NCBI GenBank assembly: GCA_017499595.2 | Contig: CM038998.1 | Span: 4,402,001-4,466,000 of the forward strand | Origin: Psilocybe cubensis | Lineage: Eukaryota | Length of the DNA stretch: 64,000 bases | Direction of reading: 5' to 3' | In this document: one piece after another, positions 44,661 through 58,561 of the stretch | Layout of the letters: every line of letters begins with the position of its first letter | How positions within the stretch are numbered: position 1 is the stretch's first letter | Notes under the pieces: model-generated | The model's input: only the letters and a program-made list of their open reading frames with translations | Told to the model about the DNA's origin: nothing | The model's database searches: none | Made by a program: the position numbers and the translations under genes

Positions 44661-47178
44661 TCAATTGAAAACAAATAAAGGCAGCCCCTTTCTTTCCTCA
44701 GGTACCCCATTCAAGTCACCCGTGCGCACAGAGGGCGATATAATCTGTGACAAATTCCAAACAATGTCTGCCTCCGTGCATGTCATCTTAAACCTCAACA
44801 ACAGCGTTGCGATGATAATCTCTACGATAATCACGAATCAGAACCCCAAAAATATCACGAGAAGCGGAATTTAGCATGGGATTAGACTTACTCATCTCAA
44901 TTTGGGCGAATCTGTACCCACTGCAAAATTGATATCTGCGAATCAGCGAGCAGTATTAGCGACGAGTCCGGGACTGTCTTTACTTACACACAGGATCTGC
45001 CACCCCCAAGGAATGACATCCTAGTATTAGGATTGACCCCGAGTCAATGATAGAGTTATGCCAACCATTGTGTATCCTACTCACATGCCAGAATAAATTC
45101 CAGGTAGGCGACCGGCAGTTGAGTCTTTACTATCCTCCAACCACCTCTCAGGTCTCCATTTCTTGGCATCTGGGCCCCATATTGATTCCAATCGGTTGCT
45201 ACCTGCGATGCTCACGAAGAGGATAGTTCCAGCGGGGACTCTGACTGAGGATAGTTTGGAGTGGTCTTCGTGATGGGAATATTCTAGTACTGTCTCTTTT
45301 ACAGCTCTAAAAATAAGGATCAGAGAATGTTGTAAAGAACGCACAAAGCCCTTACGTTCTTCGGACAAATGGAACGGGTGGGTATCTAGGAAAGAGTCTG
45401 TGAGTTTTCATAATTGTGGAGAATAATAACTGCTCTAACAATCTGAGGGTTTCTTTGACTACGGCGTCTAACCAGGGAAGCTTGGAAAGCGTGTCAAAGT
45501 CTAGGCGCCTATGCCCTTCATCAGAGCATTTTTCTTGTATTTCTTGCCGAACTTTATCCTGAACATCTGTGTTCATAGCAAGAAGATGGAAAACTCGTGA
45601 TAAGCATGATGACGTTGTATCTTGGGCTCCAAATATGAGGACTCTATAATATCCTTGTCAATAGATGGAATCGTAATATACGTTGCTAAGCTCACGTCAT
45701 TTGACCAGTTAGCTCAATATCACTGAGCTGCTCTCTGCCCTCCTTCTTTGCTTTGTCGTTGAGACGTACTAAGAAAAAAGGCCCGTTTACGAAATTGAAT
45801 GAACATATGATCAAGGAGAAACAACGCACATAAGATACTAATGATATCCTTGTCATCGTCCTCGTGGTCTTCAGCGCTTTGCTGAAGGTGTGCCCTTTTC
45901 TTTTGCAAAATTTCTGTAGCTGTCTCGTGCATAACGTCCGACATTTTCATAACCTTTTGCACAGCTTTATGCGGCGTCCATTCCACCAATTTTCTTCGGA
46001 ACCAAGGTGGACCAAGTCTCACCAAGAAAGGTGCAAATTGACGCACAAGCGCCAGGGAGAACAAAGTTGGACTACAAAATACACGTTGGCAAGTATACTC
46101 AGTTAAGTTGTGCCAAAATGTTTACTCACATGAGATCTTTGATCGCAGAAGTATAAGGGTTGTTGAAAGGTGAGTCCAGAGGGTCAAATGAGTATCCCAT
46201 GAGTGTTTGTCCAACCGATTCTAGGGCCACACGACACATCCAGTCAGACATGTCTATCACAGCACCTCGTCTATCTTTTTGACCAATATTTAAGTTTCCC
46301 GAATCTTTTGATTCGTTGGCGTGCGATAATTTTTGATCAATTTCGCTCTGAATCACATCGGCCAGCTGTAGATAGAGGCATGGTGCATTTGTTAGTAAAC
46401 TTGTGCACGCCCTAATTTTACTGCACTTCGAAAGTATTTCACCTTTTCCGCAATATCATAAAAGACTGGTGTCAGTTTCTTTAGGTGAGGGACTGCGAAG
46501 ATTGGGTTCACAACCCGTCTCTGTCTTTTGTGTTGTTCACCTCGATTATGTTATTGAGATAGAAGAACAAGTATAAGCGAGAAACTTACCTGTCGTTGCC
46601 ACAAGACCAGGACCGAAGATGACTTTGTTGGTCCTATAGATATTTTTCAAACCATGGCCTTCAAAATCTCAAAGTAGTTATCACATACTCGGTGAAAACG
46701 GCGGTTTCTTCAAACGAATCTTGGTCTTTAATGATAATACTCTGCAATGCACGGGGATCGGCAATGTACAATTGCTCATCCTTCGGTTTATCAAAGATGA
46801 GCAGACAACTCTAAAGAAAAAATAGCAAGCGTACTCCGAAGAAACCGTAGACCCTGACCATACCTCCATACATATCTACGAGTGACTGATGAAACGGGAG
46901 GCCCTTCGCATTGAAGAGTTGGCCCAAATTACCTGCAAACAGTTCAGGATGTAAAATAACGTGGTTGATGATTGCATACCCATAATCCATGACACTGGCT
47001 TTGGACCTGGAAGAGCATTGAAAGGTTTTTCAGAGAATCCCTTGCCCAAGAATAGTTTCAAAATTTTTATAGTGGAATAAAGCCCAAGAAAATAAAGGAC
47101 AGCGTCTGTTGCATTGATAGATATGGACGAGTTGTGAATCAAAGATGAAAGGAACGAGAATGGTGACGTTATATTCAT
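44661..47178 (-). CDS. Cytochrome P450 (multi-exon)
   Basis: N-terminal membrane anchor and PGPKP, I-helix IFGAQDTTS, KETLR (ExxR), WRPERW and heme motif FLGGGRSCVG. Confidence 0.93.
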
Positions 47179-47817
47179 GTCTGCATATCAGTCGGAGGAC
47201 CAAAAGAACGTCTCTCTTTATATGACTTTGTCTCCGACATCCAGGGCCCGCGACATCATTTTGATCACCCAGTAGGAGTCGATCCTCCAGGTGGCAAATT
47301 TGTAAGTCAATAGAGTTGCATCCTTGGAGTTCTCGGTCGAATGCAAATATATGCGATCGGAATTTCGAAGGCATATCAATCTCGATTGTACGCTGCCCGT
47401 CATCTCAGTTTGAATGTTTGAGCGCCCGACTCTTCCAATTTGCCTCTTCGCAGTTTTCTAATTTCCGAACTCCTGATCTGTTGTTAATGGGTGCTAAGTG
47501 AGCTCCGTGAGGACCGATATTACATCATTCCTCAGTTTTCAGTACTGAGAATCAGAGACACAGGAGGTAACACCCTGATGGAGGTGGAATTTCGGTAAAA
47601 GCGCAGGTAAAGGGAGAAGAGCAGAAAACGAGAAATATGGGACACCCTGAGTCTCTTTGTCACAAGGGTGACAGAGTTGTCACGTGACTGTTACGAGACG
47701 CGCGTCAATGAAATTTGTAAACAGAACCAAATGCTTCCAGAACGCTCCTGTTCAAAGCCTTGAACTCCTTTCACCCCTTTTCTAAACTCTACTTTGTACA
47801 TCACTATTTCTATACCC

Positions 47818-49737
47818 ATGGCAGGTCCTAAATACCCCAAAATTGTCGGTACGTGATGTTGATCAATGTCTGAAACGATGATGTTGAAATGGTATCATTG
47901 TAGGATTCGAATTGGTTGAACAGATCGGCGGCGGCGGTTTCGCAACGTATGAAAGCGTCCCCAATCAATTTCATGTCCAAGATACTTAATTATATATGCA
48001 GCGTATTTCGAGCTGTCAACGTAGCCCAGCACCGAGTTGCAGCATGCAAACTCATCATGTTCACCGAAGAAACCACAGAGAAAGAGCGGAAAACCTTTGA
48101 CAAGGAGATGCGGATACACACCGCCCTGAAGCACGAGAACGTCCTGGAGTTTATGAACGCAGTCATCGTCGAGCTAAAACATAAACTGATTTACATCCCT
48201 GGGATATACATGTTGCTCGAGCTAGCAAGCGGTGGAGATCTCTTTGACAAAATCGGTGTGCTCGCTTTTTGTCAGAGTCACGCTATAGTCTGATCTTCAA
48301 TCTAGCTGCGAATGTCGGTGTGAGCGAAGAAGTTGCACATCTATACTTTAACCAGCTTATCGCCGGAATGGTACGCTCCCCACTTGCCTCTGTTGTACCT
48401 CAAGCTGAACGTAGTTCAGCATTACATCCACGAGCAAGGAGTGTGCCACCGTGATCTAAAACCGGAAAACTTGCTACTTGACGCCGCCGGAACACTCAAA
48501 ATCACCGACTTTGGTCTATCTGCAGTATTTCGCCTCAAAGAATCTGGAAAAACCCGGATGCTGACAGAGAGATGTGGAAGTTTGCCGTATGTTGCCCCTG
48601 AGGTATGTCAGATTGTTTTTGGTGATATGAATGGGCTGAAATAAGTTCATAGTTGAACAGCGATAGACCATATCACGCAGAACCGATCGATGTTTGGGGA
48701 GTTGGCGTGATTCTGTTCACTCTGTTAGCAGGGAGTAGGTCAAACTTAGGTTATACTCTCATTGGACGCGGTACTTATTACACATTAGATACACCATGGG
48801 ATGAACCGTCTGCCAAAAGCGCAGAATTCCGAAGATACGTTTCTGGAGAAATTTTTTCTGAAGATCCGTGGTGCAGAATTCCATATGAGGCTATGTGTAT
48901 GCCATGGATTTACCATCTGAAAATGAATTATGCTCATCAACTCCTTTAGCACTTATCAAAGGAATGCTGACCGTTGATCCAGAGAAGAGGCTGACCTTGC
49001 GTGACGTTTTCCAGCATTCGTGGGTTATGAGGTACGCTCATTCTCGTTTCAACATCGACCCTGCTCACCGAAGGCATCAAGACCAAGCCAATTGGCTTCC
49101 TCTCGAAATCCTGCCGAATTGGCGATGAGACTCACCCAAAATCTCAGAGAAAATGGTGATTTAGGCCTTGCAGCTCCCAATTTTACCGGGAAGTCGGACG
49201 AGTACGTACTTTTCCCAATCTATTGCTGGGGGCTAATCCATCTTTGTACAGCGCCATGGACGTGGACGGGCCTTCTGCACATAAATCACAATTCACTCAA
49301 AGCCTTATGCTCTTCGTACGTCGTTTCCCCTTGATTCCGCTACATCCTGCTCACATTTGTTCCAGTCGCAAACCCAGCACGGCTCCCGATACACGCCCAA
49401 TCTCACCCGCTTCTACTCCTCCCTTGGCCCATCCCTTCTCATCGCACTCATCAAGGAATACCTCGAACAACCCGACGTCGGAGTCAAGTGCAAGCTCGGG
49501 GCCGAACCGATCGTCAACGAGCGCGGGATCGAGGTGTACCGGATGCGAATCGGAGGATGGGACGCGCGAAAGCAAATGTTCAAGGGCTGGGTGGACGTTG
49601 AGAAGTTTGCCTATCGCGGCGAAGAGGGCGCCTTTTGCTTGATGCGCCGCGACGAGGGAAGCCCGATCTCGTGGAGGCAGCTCTGGAAGGCGATCATCCT
49701 CAGTCCTGCGGTTGAACCTCATGTTCTCAGGAAATGA
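47818..49737 (+). CDS. CHK1: Checkpoint Ser/Thr kinase Chk1 (multi-exon)
   Basis: [59 protein letters not shown], and a C-terminal LTRFYS...[11 protein letters not shown] (KA1-like) region. Confidence 0.92.
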
Positions 49738-49990
49738 AGTGTCATGAGCTGATTGATTTGTATGATTATGCCTGAGTCTCTGCCTACTTTTAATATTTCT
49801 TTCCGTTTTTTTGTAATTACATCCCCTATCATGTCTCTGTATCGATATCATGTTTTGTCTTTTCATCAATATGTATATAGATCAATTTCTGTCAATATCA
49901 TCTCATCTTTCGGCACACACCAAATTACATTCCACTCGTGAGGAGATCCATTCGACGTTGACAATTGGTTACATGAATGTCACGAAATAC

Positions 49991-50884
49991 TTAAAGATTG
50001 TATTCTTTGATGATGTCGCTTTGAAGTACAGCGAAATGGGCATTGAAAACGGGCCCATTGACGTGTCGGATAGAAACCAAGTTTACATGGGAGAAGTTCA
50101 AGCCGAAGCCGCCATCGAGTCTCCACTCATCAGAGATGGAAGCAAGCTGTGCATCCCATCCCAAGGGGTGTGATCCCCTGGAATCCTCGTCGGCTTGTAT
50201 GGTAATTGCCTGTATATTGCACACTTATGAGTAAATGTACGAGTAGCTCTGGAAGAACTACACACCGTGCATAAAAGGTGAAAACGCTGGATAACTAGGC
50301 TTACCAAGTCGCCCTGCATAATCATCTCAATTCTACCCGACGGCTGCTTTTGCAGCATGTTAACCTCGAGCGTCCATGCATCAAAGAATCCATAGCCAGG
50401 CCACTAAAAAATTAGATTAATGCCCACCAAACCAGAAAGGGACTCGCATTGGCCAAACGAACTCACGTAAAATTGGATTTTTACCTTCCCACTGGCGCTT
50501 ATACGCAGCCATTCGACAGAGAAACGCTTGTCAGCACCAATGAAAATTTCACTCAAAGGTCTTGTCGTAAACAACCATTCTTGCATCCTAATTCCGTATT
50601 CGCCGTATTTCGACATACAATAAAGCGCTGGACCTCCTACGTTCGTGGGCAGACGTGGAGAGGGCACAAATTTGAAAAGGCTCTGGAGAAATTTCAATCG
50701 ACCGAGTCATTGTACAGCAGATGCCAGGAACGAAGGGACGTACACGAGGTGGTAGCGGGGGCAAGGATGGGACTTTGTTGGTAATGGATTGATTTTCCGG
50801 TAGACTTACATTAACGCGTACTGGAGTAACCGAGGCGCTGGCTCTCAATTCTGTTACATCTGAGGCACTGTTTACGTTGGCCAT
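49991..50884 (-). CDS. Hypothetical agaricomycete protein with a WPGY-motif domain (possibly DUF6741-like); paralog of the 53074-54680 C-terminus
   Basis: Exons read GEYGIRMQEWL...EWLRIS..GKVKIQFY|WPGYG...QGDLVSLVIQRFHLLCT|...VNLVSIRHVNG and align with the gene at 53074-54680. Confidence 0.6.
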
Positions 50885-51360
50885 TTGTTGGAATCCTTGA
50901 GGTGTAGACAGACCTTGAGGGGGGGAGACGATAATAGTACGGTGGCAAGACTTTGCGTCAAGTATTTGTAGAAGTGTTCAAGCTCAAATCGTGGCCTACA
51001 CATTGTTCAAGGGCACATTGAGGGCACAGTTAAGACAAAGAGAGGATTCACGGCTGAGCGCCAGGGGCCCATGGACGAGTGTCCCGTAGCGACCGCCTAC
51101 TTGTGCCACTAGCTAGAGTTTCTAGTAAATCCATATAGCATTGCGACACAGAACCTTTGTGCCACTAAACGGAAGCTTTTAGAGCCACTTGTAGGTAGGC
51201 TATTCAGTGTATGTCGAAAGTCGAGACAAAACCACAAAGTCAGCGGCGATTCGCAAATTGCCCTACAGATATATTCCCACGGTCACAAAAAAGTTCTGAA
51301 ATCAAATGAAATTATTTGAAGCATTTTGATATTTGAAGTCTGTTCCACAACCTACAAGTC

Positions 51361-52498
51361 ATGGCCCCTCGTTCTACATCAAAGGCCGGCTCGAGCACTG
51401 GATCTGATTCAGATTCAGATGTTCCTGAAGCCATCTCACTTTCCCAGTCCAAAAAGAGTGCAAAACAACTCGAAACCACCCGTCAGAATGCGCTCAGGGC
51501 AGAACGGCAGACGAGGCGCGCACAGAATCAGCAGCGGGATAAAAGCTTGAAGGAACGCGCGGAGAGAAATAAAAGACTTGTTGAAACAAAATCGAAAGGA
51601 AAGGGCAAACAGAAAGAAGACAGCAAGGCGGTGGAAGATCAGGACGAAAAAGATGATCAAAAAGACGAAATGAGCAGTTCAGGCGACGAAGACTTGGATA
51701 AAGACGAGGAAGAAGGCCCCTCAGACGGACTTGAAGCTAGAATGAGACGTGCTATGAAGGAAGCGCAAGAGGAAGAGTCGGACGAGGACGAAGAAGAGTA
51801 TGAGGGTTTCGAAGGCGTTCATCTCAACGAGGATGCCGAATCAGACGAAGAAGGCAGCGCCAGTGACTCTCAGGATACCGAATCTGGCTCTCAGTCAGGC
51901 TCAGAACTCGATGACGACGACGACGACGGTGATGAGGAGGAGGACGAAGAAGACGAAGAGGAAGAGGAAGATTCTCATCCGCCTTCCAAGAAGCCTCTAA
52001 AAACCAAAACCAATCCAGAGCATCTCCCTGACGAACTTTTCGAGGCTGCCTTTGCGTCGCAGTCGAATACAAAGCGTACTTTTTCGGAAACAGACAACGA
52101 CACCTCTACCCCCGCCTCACGGCCCTCCAAAAAGCGTAAACGAGCTAACAGGTCTCGTCCTTTGAAGGATGTGCTCGTCGGGTATGTGTTTTGTATCCGG
52201 TTTACAACGAAAATTTGATTGGAAATAACATCACTTTTATAGTACTCGTGCTATTCGTGTATTGGAGACCTCGTCTCATCCAAAGACACCGTCAACTTTG
52301 CCTTCTGGGAAAGTTAGAAAATTTATAGACAGGACCCTTTCATTCAAGGAGGGAAAACAGCGCGCCAAAGGATGGGAACGCAGACCAGGTGTGCTTTAAT
52401 TGCACTGTATGATGATTTGGGCTTATGATCCTCTCAGTCAATATCGGTGTTTTACGACATGGCAGCGGTCCAGCGGCCAATTTTGTTAGAAGCCGTAG
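51361..52498 (+). CDS. Acidic, low-complexity nuclear/nucleolar protein (Bud21/Utp16-like N-terminus, tentative)
   Basis: SDSDVPEAISLSQSKK, a coiled coil, D/E tracts, HLPDELF, NLS-like PSKKRKR, and two further short exons ending at 52498. Confidence 0.6.
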
Positions 52499-53073
52499 CT
52501 AATGGAGTCATTGCTGAACGGCCTCCCGTGGCTTGATGCTCAAAAATGTTATACAAAAACATACCATGATTTCGTTATTCTAGGATGCACAATCGCAATG
52601 ACAACCCAGATTGGACAACTTGATCGAAATTCGAACAAACTACAGATCGTGCTCCCGAACTCTACCGGAACAGCGCAATCCCAATTGACCATCTGCTTCT
52701 CCGATCACTTTACCAATTCTCTTTCTACCTGTCCCTCGTTTATGTTCCCTCCCTTTTTTAAATCTAATATGCTGGCCTCTCATTTGTTTTGAGCACCCTC
52801 TCACCACCGGCGTCCTAGTGATATCTGGTTCCCTTGAGTCCTTTCTGGATTGGTGAATAATTCCATCACTGGCACACAGCAATAAGTGGCCCTTTAATTT
52901 TGCTATAATCATTCTTGCATTTGAACTGATGGGCAAACAAAGCGAACGGGGGCCAGGCCGAATAGGGCCCGCATATGGCACTGATGGGCCAACTGCTGTC
53001 CTATAATAACATATCCAGGAATCTCGTTTCGCGCTTGCATTTCTTTACTTACCCACATTTCTCTACCTAGACA

Positions 53074-54680
53074 ATGGACCCGCGACACTACCTTCAGCGC
53101 CATGACGCCCACATGGACGTTGACGAAACCGGGAACTTCGCAGAGCATAGACAGATACGCAATAATATGCTATTGCGCAGGGATAACAGTCTCTCGTCAA
53201 TTTCTAGTACTCCCAAGCCCATTTCACGTCAATCCTCTTTTGTGCAGGGATATACAAGACCTGGCGGAAATCCATTGGTGCGCAGAAAAAGCAGCCTTTC
53301 CTCGGTCACCACTATATCTAGACCATTGTCTCCTCCGTTGACTGTAGAAACTGAGTTTGGTGACGATTCAGAGTCAGCGTTGGAGGATCCACAACTTCTT
53401 GCCAATCGAGATGCAAACGTTCAGGCTTGGTTGAGCCAGAACAGTAGTTTCTCCCCAATCAACACTGACTCTACACCTGTTTCTCGACAGCCGTCGTTTA
53501 CCTCTGATCGGAACAGAAAACAAAGGAATGGGGCAGAACAAGGACGTTTAAGAAACCTCAGGGGCAACGCTGGGTTACAAAGGGATAGTAGTTTCTCTAC
53601 AGTTACCACTGCTTCGAGACCCCCTTCTCGACTGTCCACTATATGCTCTGATGTGGACACATATCCACCCTCCCCCACACTTACCATGACCAGCAGACAG
53701 TCCACTCCCTCCACTCCCGTGTTTCCAAGCTTTTCGGATACTCTGACCGGACATTCTCAGTATCTACAACAAGGAAAGCCACAAGAGGCACCCACCGCCG
53801 ACCCTTCACTCCAGAGGCACCCATACCAAGTATATCCTGGGGGATACCGGACTTCGATTCTGGAAGAACGTGAAGTAAAGACGCCTGATGAAACCACGAA
53901 AATGCAACTTGCGGCTCCATTTCCGCTCTCTTCTGATGTATGCTAATTGTTGTGTTATAAAGTATCTCAGACTAGCTAAAGCACAAAATTTTAGGGTCCA
54001 TCCAGTTTCTTAGAGCAAAATGATGCTGATATCACGGTGTTAGACCTTTTACTGGGTCTTTTCTTCACAGACAAGAATGGCCGAAATGGAATCCGGATGT
54101 GGGAATGGCTTGACACTATGCATTCAGCTCAGGAGCTCTTTCCTGATGCACATGACCCTATTGCGTTAGAGTGGTTGGAAGTATCTTTTCTTGGTGAGAT
54201 AGTGATACAGTTTCGGGTAAGTTTTCTTGCTATCGTTGTGGTTATCAGATTTGTTGACTCGCAATTCATTTATTTTCTGAATTAGTGGCTTGGCTATTCT
54301 GCATGCCCCGAAGACTGGGCGCTTCGCATTAACGTTATCAAAGAATTTGGTCCATATGGGCCCGTTATGATGACGCAGGGAGAAGTAATTACCCAGGTCA
54401 TTAGGCGATTCCATTTTTTATGCACGGTAATACCAATGTCCATCTTTTTCAACAAGTGCTCAATCGATTGTCACATTTTCTTTAGTCCGGCCAAACAAAG
54501 TCTGATGTCACCCGGAGGAACGTTCTCGCCTTCGAGCCTTGTAATACAGCGTTCCTTTCTACCAAACCTAAAGGCAGTCAGGATGGATATAAATGCCGAA
54601 ATTTCAAGAACGTAGTGTTGAAATCTATCAGATATTGTGAAGGAACCACTTTCGAAGCATGTATTTTTGCCTCTGTCTAA
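53074..54680 (+). CDS. Hypothetical protein: Ser/Thr/Arg-rich repetitive N-terminus plus WxGY-motif domain (4 exons)
   Basis: The 290-aa exon splices in frame (SD|GPSSFL) into GRNGIRMWEWL...IVIQFR|WLGYS...QGEVITQVIRRFHFLCT|...VVLKSIRY..FASV*. Confidence 0.6.
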
Positions 54681-54718
54681 ATAAATTACCAGTAAATAAT
54701 GGTCGTCTTGACTTGGAG

Positions 54719-54830
54719 GCGACGCGTCGCGACGCGTACCCGTGTCAGGTGATACAACCATTTCCATCACATGACCAACCCGGTGCCTCTCGAGTTGCGC
54801 CGCGCGCGCGCGTTGGTGTAACGCACCAAC
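54719..54830. promoter_or_regulatory. CGCG-rich palindromic cluster upstream of F-box copy 8
   Basis: Perfect palindrome ACGCGTCGCGACGCGT (54722-54737, two MluI/MCB-like boxes), ATCACATGAC, a (GC)n run, and the hairpin gttggtg-taacg-caccaac. Confidence 0.4.
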
Positions 54831-55167
54831 TGAGACTCTAGAAATCTTTCCAACTGACTCCCAAATGACATGGTGGATAAAACAACATTATCTCGCATGA
54901 CCAGACATTACAGGTAGTCTATTTGCTGTCATGTTTCACCAGAATCCCGATTAACGACCACTAGTGCCGACAATGTTTCGGCGACTCCCTGCAAAGCGGC
55001 CAAGCCGTACACCTCGGTGATGAGCTGAGGAAGTGAGCTGGGCCTGAGACTGCTGATCCTGGACTTATGTCTACCGCATTCTAGCGCATAAATCAATACC
55101 GGGGTCCGGGAAGGTTTTCGTTCAACAGAAACACCCATCCTACTCTACTCAACTCTACGTATTGACT

Positions 55168-56226
55168 ATGGAAAGAATACCGTCACTCGTACTGTGTTCT
55201 GTTTACAAGTACTGCTGCCGCCTCATACCGCATGTTGGAGAAGAACCAAATCAGCCGACATTCAATGGTATAGTAGCCACCCCTTCACAAGTCGGAATTC
55301 AGAATCTTCCAGTAGAAATTCTGCTCCTAGTATTTTCCTTCCTAGAGCTCAAGCCGTATATCATCGCGCATGGCGTGTCAAGATACTGGAGGAGTCTTTT
55401 ACCTCACGCAGATATATACCCACCTCGGAGACGCCTATTTGCACTTTATCATAACATGATAAACACTCCCCACTTCATCAACTCTCGTTCATGGACGCTT
55501 AAGAATCTCCGTCCGTTTGATCGACAAGCCTATGTGGACTCTTTACTTTCCCAGTACCAAGAGATACCTGAAGAATTTCGTTTATGGATACTGGAGTGGC
55601 CGAACTGTCTTGCGATTTCTTGCATGTGGCCTGGTCTCCCGTTCGTCGATTGCTTCAAGGGAAACGCGGAGAGGCGGTATGGCGTCAATTGGTTGGGGTA
55701 CAAAAGTGAATCACCACAACTTTTAGCAGCTATTTGCCAATCTGAGACACCGAACGTCAAATTTGTACCGGGTTTATTGATATGGAGAGCATTCACCACA
55801 ACGGAATGGCTGGTTTTTAGTCGTGAAGGCGATTCTCTCTTTGGTCGGGTGTATGTCAAGGATTTCATGAAGTTGGAGTCCTCCGTTATCATTCCTCACG
55901 AGTCACTAGTTGAATATGCTGGCGGTCGGACAGAGCATGAGGACTTCGAGGACGAGCAGATGTACCCAGGTTTGACAACACAATACTTACCATAAACGCC
56001 ACGCAAACTGACATTGAATTCAACAGATTGGATAAGCTACTTAGAGCATCATTGGCAGGTTTGCAGCAGAAATCTCCTACTAACAGGGAAACAGCATATC
56101 TATTATGACAAACCAATACCTCAGCCAGTAAAAACCCTTTTTAATCACAGCACAGCGGATACACTTCCTACATGCCCGTGGAGCTCACGGTTTGAACACA
56201 TAAATTACTTACATATGAATGAATGA
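55168..56226 (+). CDS. F-box protein, copy 8 (divergent, one intron at 55970-56026)
   Basis: IQNLPVEILLLVFSFL...VSRYWRSLL and PFDRQAYVDSLLSQYQEIPEEFRLWILEWP. Splicing restores YPDWISYLE. Confidence 0.87.
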
Positions 56227-56394
56227 ATTGTTCACGATGGGTACTTGGACCGTTCGCCTCAGTTTGATTGTCCGATAGATGACTTTCTTCCGGGTTCCCT
56301 TTATTGTACAAAAAATACACTTACTTGGCTTCTAAGGCTTCTTCCTTCACCATGTAAGATCCCATATCCCCTCATGAGTCCTGATGTGTACCAC

Positions 56395-58561
56395 TTATAT
56401 ACTCCCGTAGCTGATCAGGTTGCCTTCAGGTACCCTTCGTGGGGCACAGGGTATTAGAGGCGAATGCTCTGTGCTCGCTGCTCTGCGTGGATGTTCGACA
56501 ATGCTGTAGCAATATTAAGCTGAGTACCCAATTTATGGGAACAGAAAGAATACTCGCCTGCCAAGTATGTTGGTAGTCATCTGACGATGCGCCCGTTTCT
56601 TGCTCTGATTGTCTTCGTACATGTCTGTTTCATCTACAATTTCTTCAGAAATAATTTCCTGTAAATAGCGAACATGAACTTGTGTCAATAAGTTGTCGTA
56701 GGCCAGCGTGATATCCTTACCTCTATTATATCTTGGATTTCATGAGAGTGAGCCGTCAATAGAGAAAGGGCTAGATATGAGGTCGTTACCTTCCAGTGTT
56801 ATGATGCCTAGGGCACCACCAATTTTTCCAGGTGTGCGACTAATGAGAATCAAGTGCGCTCTTCCTGTCTGGCTATTCAAAGGTCGTGATTGATGAGTCC
56901 TGCCAATAAGGTTTAAGGTTATGACACCCACAAGTAGTCTAGTGCTTGGAAGCAGTTAATGGAAGGTGGTGCCTCGGGTAAAATGGATAGTGGGAAAGCG
57001 GATACAGGCAAAGCTTCCTTGGGATCGTAAGTTAAAAGCTGTATTGTCAAACTTAGCGCAAGCGTCTGTGAATTTAAAAGCGCAATTCGGCACCGTTTTC
57101 ACAAGGAGAAGTCCAATAAATGCAGACTTGTTCCCTTTCTCGTGGACCGGGAATCGTGAATATCCACTCTGTAGGCTTATCGGAAAGAATCAATTACAGG
57201 AACCTGACATGAAGTAACAGGCATACATTTTGAGCACTGCCGGATAATCGAGAATATCGTCAGAGGCCAGCACCACTGTATCCTAAAGCATTTTTAAATC
57301 CTTTACTCTAAGTGACTTCGGAGACAACGTACCTTCAGGGGTGTCATGATGCTTTCCACCCTTGTCGTGTTGAGCTCCAGCACTCCATTAAGGATATTAA
57401 TTTCGTCTTCCCGCAGAGGCTCGTCGCCGGTCCGGTGGAACTGGAGAAACGTCTTCAACTCTGCTTTCTTATACGTATGTTGTTCATTTGCCCCCAAGAC
57501 CATATCGAGCAGTTTGGCGATCGGCCATGCGACGGGAGCTGGAATCCGATAAGCGTCGGAAGATATGCAACCATTTGGATAGTCTTACAAAGAAGAAACA
57601 TCATTCCGAGGACAAACGGTGCACATTTTGCACCTATTGATAGACCGTACCGAACACTGACCGCTTGTGGAATGATTCTTTTTGAAGTGTCTACTATCAG
57701 CGTGGGTATTTTGGGGCAGGTGACAGAGAAAACGTACTCTCTAGCGGAGGAAATGGTCCAACGTAGTCAGTCAACGGAAACGCCAGAAGGCAGAGCGGAA
57801 GCCTACCCGAAAATGACTGAAATAGCAAAATGTCAGTTAAATCGGGGTACCTCGTGTAACTGAAATGCTCTACCGATGGAAACTGTTGATATTGCGATGG
57901 CGGTATATCCTCCACCAAGCTGAATTAGAAGATTAGAGTGATTAGAATGTGGTGACCCATTAGGAACCTACCGCCGAGTCCAAAAATATTGGAAGACTCT
58001 CGTTTACGATCTGCAAAAATCGTTGTGAGGTTCTAGTGCTTTTTAACGACATGTATATTGAGACCAACCACGTTTCCGAGCAAGAGAACCTGGTTGGTTT
58101 TAACGAATGGTGGAGGATTTGACACAACTGGTAGTTACATACCACGAGTACCCAGTGTTTGCCTCTTTGCATCAGGTTAAGGACTGATAATGCGGTAAAT
58201 GCAACTACAATAAAAAAAAGTTTACTCGCGCGACTGTACCTTTCTGAGCGTCCCGTCTTTGCGTGAGATCCTCTGAAGAGTGAGCCAAGACTCGAAGATG
58301 TAATTGATCAAGTCCCATGAGTCCTAATGTCAACCTATGATGAGGTATAAACGTATGTTGATACCTTTAAACTCAACTTGCTTACCCGGCAAACATACCA
58401 CCAGCTAGCACGAGGCATGCACTAACAGTTACATGGAACCAAAACTCTTCCGGTGCTGGTTGAGGGTGCCCGATTTTAGGTTTCCTTTGGGCATGATGAT
58501 GAGGAGACGCTGCGCTCACGGCGCGCAGAAGTAAGATGAGGGTCGGTATTCTGAACTGCAT
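56395..58561 (-). CDS. CNNM/DUF21 plus CBS-domain membrane protein (MAM3-like, multi-exon)
   Basis: Signal-like N-terminus, LVLAGGMFAG|LTLGLMGLD, GKHWVLVV|LL, NESLPIFLD, IIPQAVSVRYGL, YKKAELK, GVLEL, MTPL, GYSRFPVHE and GIITLED. Confidence 0.92.

Noticed and set aside
27298..47178. SDR, hydrolase, methyltransferase and P450 as a secondary-metabolite cluster
   Set aside because: There is no backbone enzyme (PKS, NRPS or terpene synthase), the methyltransferase is a protein-lysine type, and the genes are interspersed with GCN2 and F-box genes.
51640..51975. GAC/GAA/GAG-rich repetitive tract
   Set aside because: It simply encodes the D/E-rich region of the acidic protein and is not an independent repeat element.
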